A stretch of DNA of 46,172 nt from Methanothrix sp. (GTDB taxonomy: Archaea; Halobacteriota; Methanosarcinia; Methanotrichales; Methanotrichaceae): assembly GCA_040770465.1 (NCBI GenBank), contig JAXGJB010000019.1:1-46172 (forward strand), written 5' to 3'. The notes beneath the pieces were generated by a model that did no database searches, was not told where the DNA came from, and saw only the letters and a program-made list of their open reading frames with translations. A program made the translations under genes and the position numbers. Position 1 is the stretch's first letter. Each line of letters begins with the position of its first letter. This document shows, in pieces, positions 44,981 to 46,172 of this stretch.

Positions 44981-45043
44981 TGCGGCCCACCCCACCCTAA
45001 AGGACGGGGTATTCGCGACCCTCAGCGCTCCCGAAGTATTAAT
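44981..45043. mobile_element. IS200/IS605-type end hairpin remnant (MITE/PATE-like)
   Basis: TGCGGCCCACCCCACCCTAAAGGACGGGGTATTCGCGACCCTCAGCGCTCCCG; the CCCC-x-CCCTAAAGGACGGGG hairpin resembles IS200/IS605 subterminal palindromes; no transposase nearby. Confidence 0.6.
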
Positions 45044-45237
45044 TGATTTCCTTTTTTTGGCCAAGGGCCTAAATTATCGTTCATATCATTCGAGTTGCAT
45101 ATAACAAAATCTGCCCTATATAAAATTTTTGAATAATTATTCACGATAACCGATTTATCTAGGTCAATTCGGTTAGTTTACCGTATCCTTTTTCAACGTA
45201 GAGAGCTTATTTCGAATAAAACAGGAAGGGGTAGGTT

Positions 45238-45672
45238 TTGTCTCTGGTTCAGGAACTCAGGCCTGGAAGGCTCTTTCTCTCTAGCCTCGATCACGATTCT
45301 GAGATCGTCGCCTCCATCACAGCCCTGGCTGAATCTCTTGGCGTCGAGGTCGGCGCCGTCGCCGCCATAGGGGCGCTGAAGAGGGCTGAGATCGGCTACT
45401 ACGACCAGGAGGCCCACGAGTACAGGCCGATCGAGATCGCCGGTCCCGTTGAGATATCAAGCCTAGTCGGAAACATCTCCATCAGAGACGGAAAGCCCTT
45501 CCTTCACGCCCATGCGACCCTGGCGGACTCCGATGGGAACGTCAGGGGAGGCCACCTGTCGAGCGGGACGGTCTTTGCGGCCGAGGTTTGCATCCAGGAG
45601 CTTTGTGGCCGGCCGCCGACCAGAACCCACGACCCAACAACGGACCTCTTCCTCTGGAGTGACGGCGATTGA
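45238..45672 (+). CDS. PPC/DUF296 domain protein
   Basis: [21 protein letters not shown] and GGHL motifs. Confidence 0.9.
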   Translation: MSLVQELRPGRLFLSSLDHDSEIVASITALAESLGVEVGAVAAIGALKRAEIGYYDQEAHEYRPIEIAGPVEISSLVGNISIRDGKPFLHAHATLADSDGNVRGGHLSSGTVFAAEVCIQELCGRPPTRTHDPTTDLFLWSDGD

Positions 45673-46172
45673 AGACCGCCGAGTACTTCGAGGTTCTCGA
45701 ATCGGGGCTGGCCCGCGCGATGGAGATCGCGGGCAATGCCCGAAGTCAGGGAAAAGACCCCAGCCTCTCGGTGGAGGTGCCGACGGCAGTCGACCTCGCC
45801 GAGAGGGTCGAGAAGCTGATCGGGATCGAGGGTATCGCACGACGGGTCCGGGAGCTGGAGGACGAGGGGATGAGCCGGGAGGAGGCGGCTCTCGCCATCG
45901 GCCGCGACTTCGCCGAGGGGAGGATCGGGAACTTCTCGACGAAGATCGAGGCGATCGACGGCGCCATCCGGACCTCCGTCGCCCTCCTGACGGAGGGTGT
46001 GGTGGCCGCCCCCATCGAGGGGATCGCCAAGGTGGACCTGGGAAAAAACGACGATGGGACCGAGTACCTCAAGGTCTACTATGCCGGGCCCATCCGGAGC
46101 GCCGGGGGGACCGCCCAGGCCCTCTCCGTCCTCGTAGCCGACTGCGTCCGAAGAGAGGTGGGGATCGACCGA
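45669..46172 (+). CDS. polC: DNA polymerase D (Pol II) large subunit DP2, 3'-partial
   Basis: Absent from the track (no stop in window). From TTG 45669: MKTAEYF...GKDP...DLAERVE...SREEAAL...[13 protein letters not shown]...[21 protein letters not shown]. Confidence 0.95.
   Translation, partial: MKTAEYFEVLESGLARAMEIAGNARSQGKDPSLSVEVPTAVDLAERVEKLIGIEGIARRVRELEDEGMSREEAALAIGRDFAEGRIGNFSTKIEAIDGAIRTSVALLTEGVVAAPIEGIAKVDLGKNDDGTEYLKVYYAGPIRSAGGTAQALSVLVADCVRREVGIDR

Noticed and set aside
45746-46072. Minus-strand 108-aa ORF at the window end
   Set aside because: Antisense shadow of the polC (DP2) reading frame.

Overview
GC-rich archaeal chromosomal window. The gene content (DNA polymerase D large subunit, archaeal FBPase/IMPase-NAD kinase pair, tRNAs without encoded CCA, many secreted hypothetical proteins) suggests a Methanotrichaceae (Methanothrix/Methanocrinis-like) methanogen; this is an inference. 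From left to right: a defence cluster downstream of tRNA-Val (PemK/MazF pair, MNT plus an internally deleted HEPN gene, type IIG restriction-modification fusion); a Na+/solute symporter with an unlisted small partner ORF; suhB-nadK; a lower-GC island (truncated SDR, cupin, Fe-ADH, HxlR); mgtC-like, nth and tRNA-Glu; a Cys-rich secreted protein with a structured leader; a tightly coupled four-gene operon ending in a divergent tubulin/FtsZ-family GTPase; a class V aminotransferase and rnhB; an 11-kb cell-surface locus (25.2-36.0 kb); then metabolic genes and the start of polC. The most striking signal is in the surface locus. Three adjacent SdrD-B-like genes have the domain's terminal strand segment moved, duplicated or missing, in the pattern expected for an acceptor-only adaptor, a self-polymerising pilin and a donor-only cap. 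This makes it a candidate donor-strand-complementation fibre, flanked by vWA adhesins and a three-fold-repeat protein family. All calls come from reading motifs by eye; no database searches were run.
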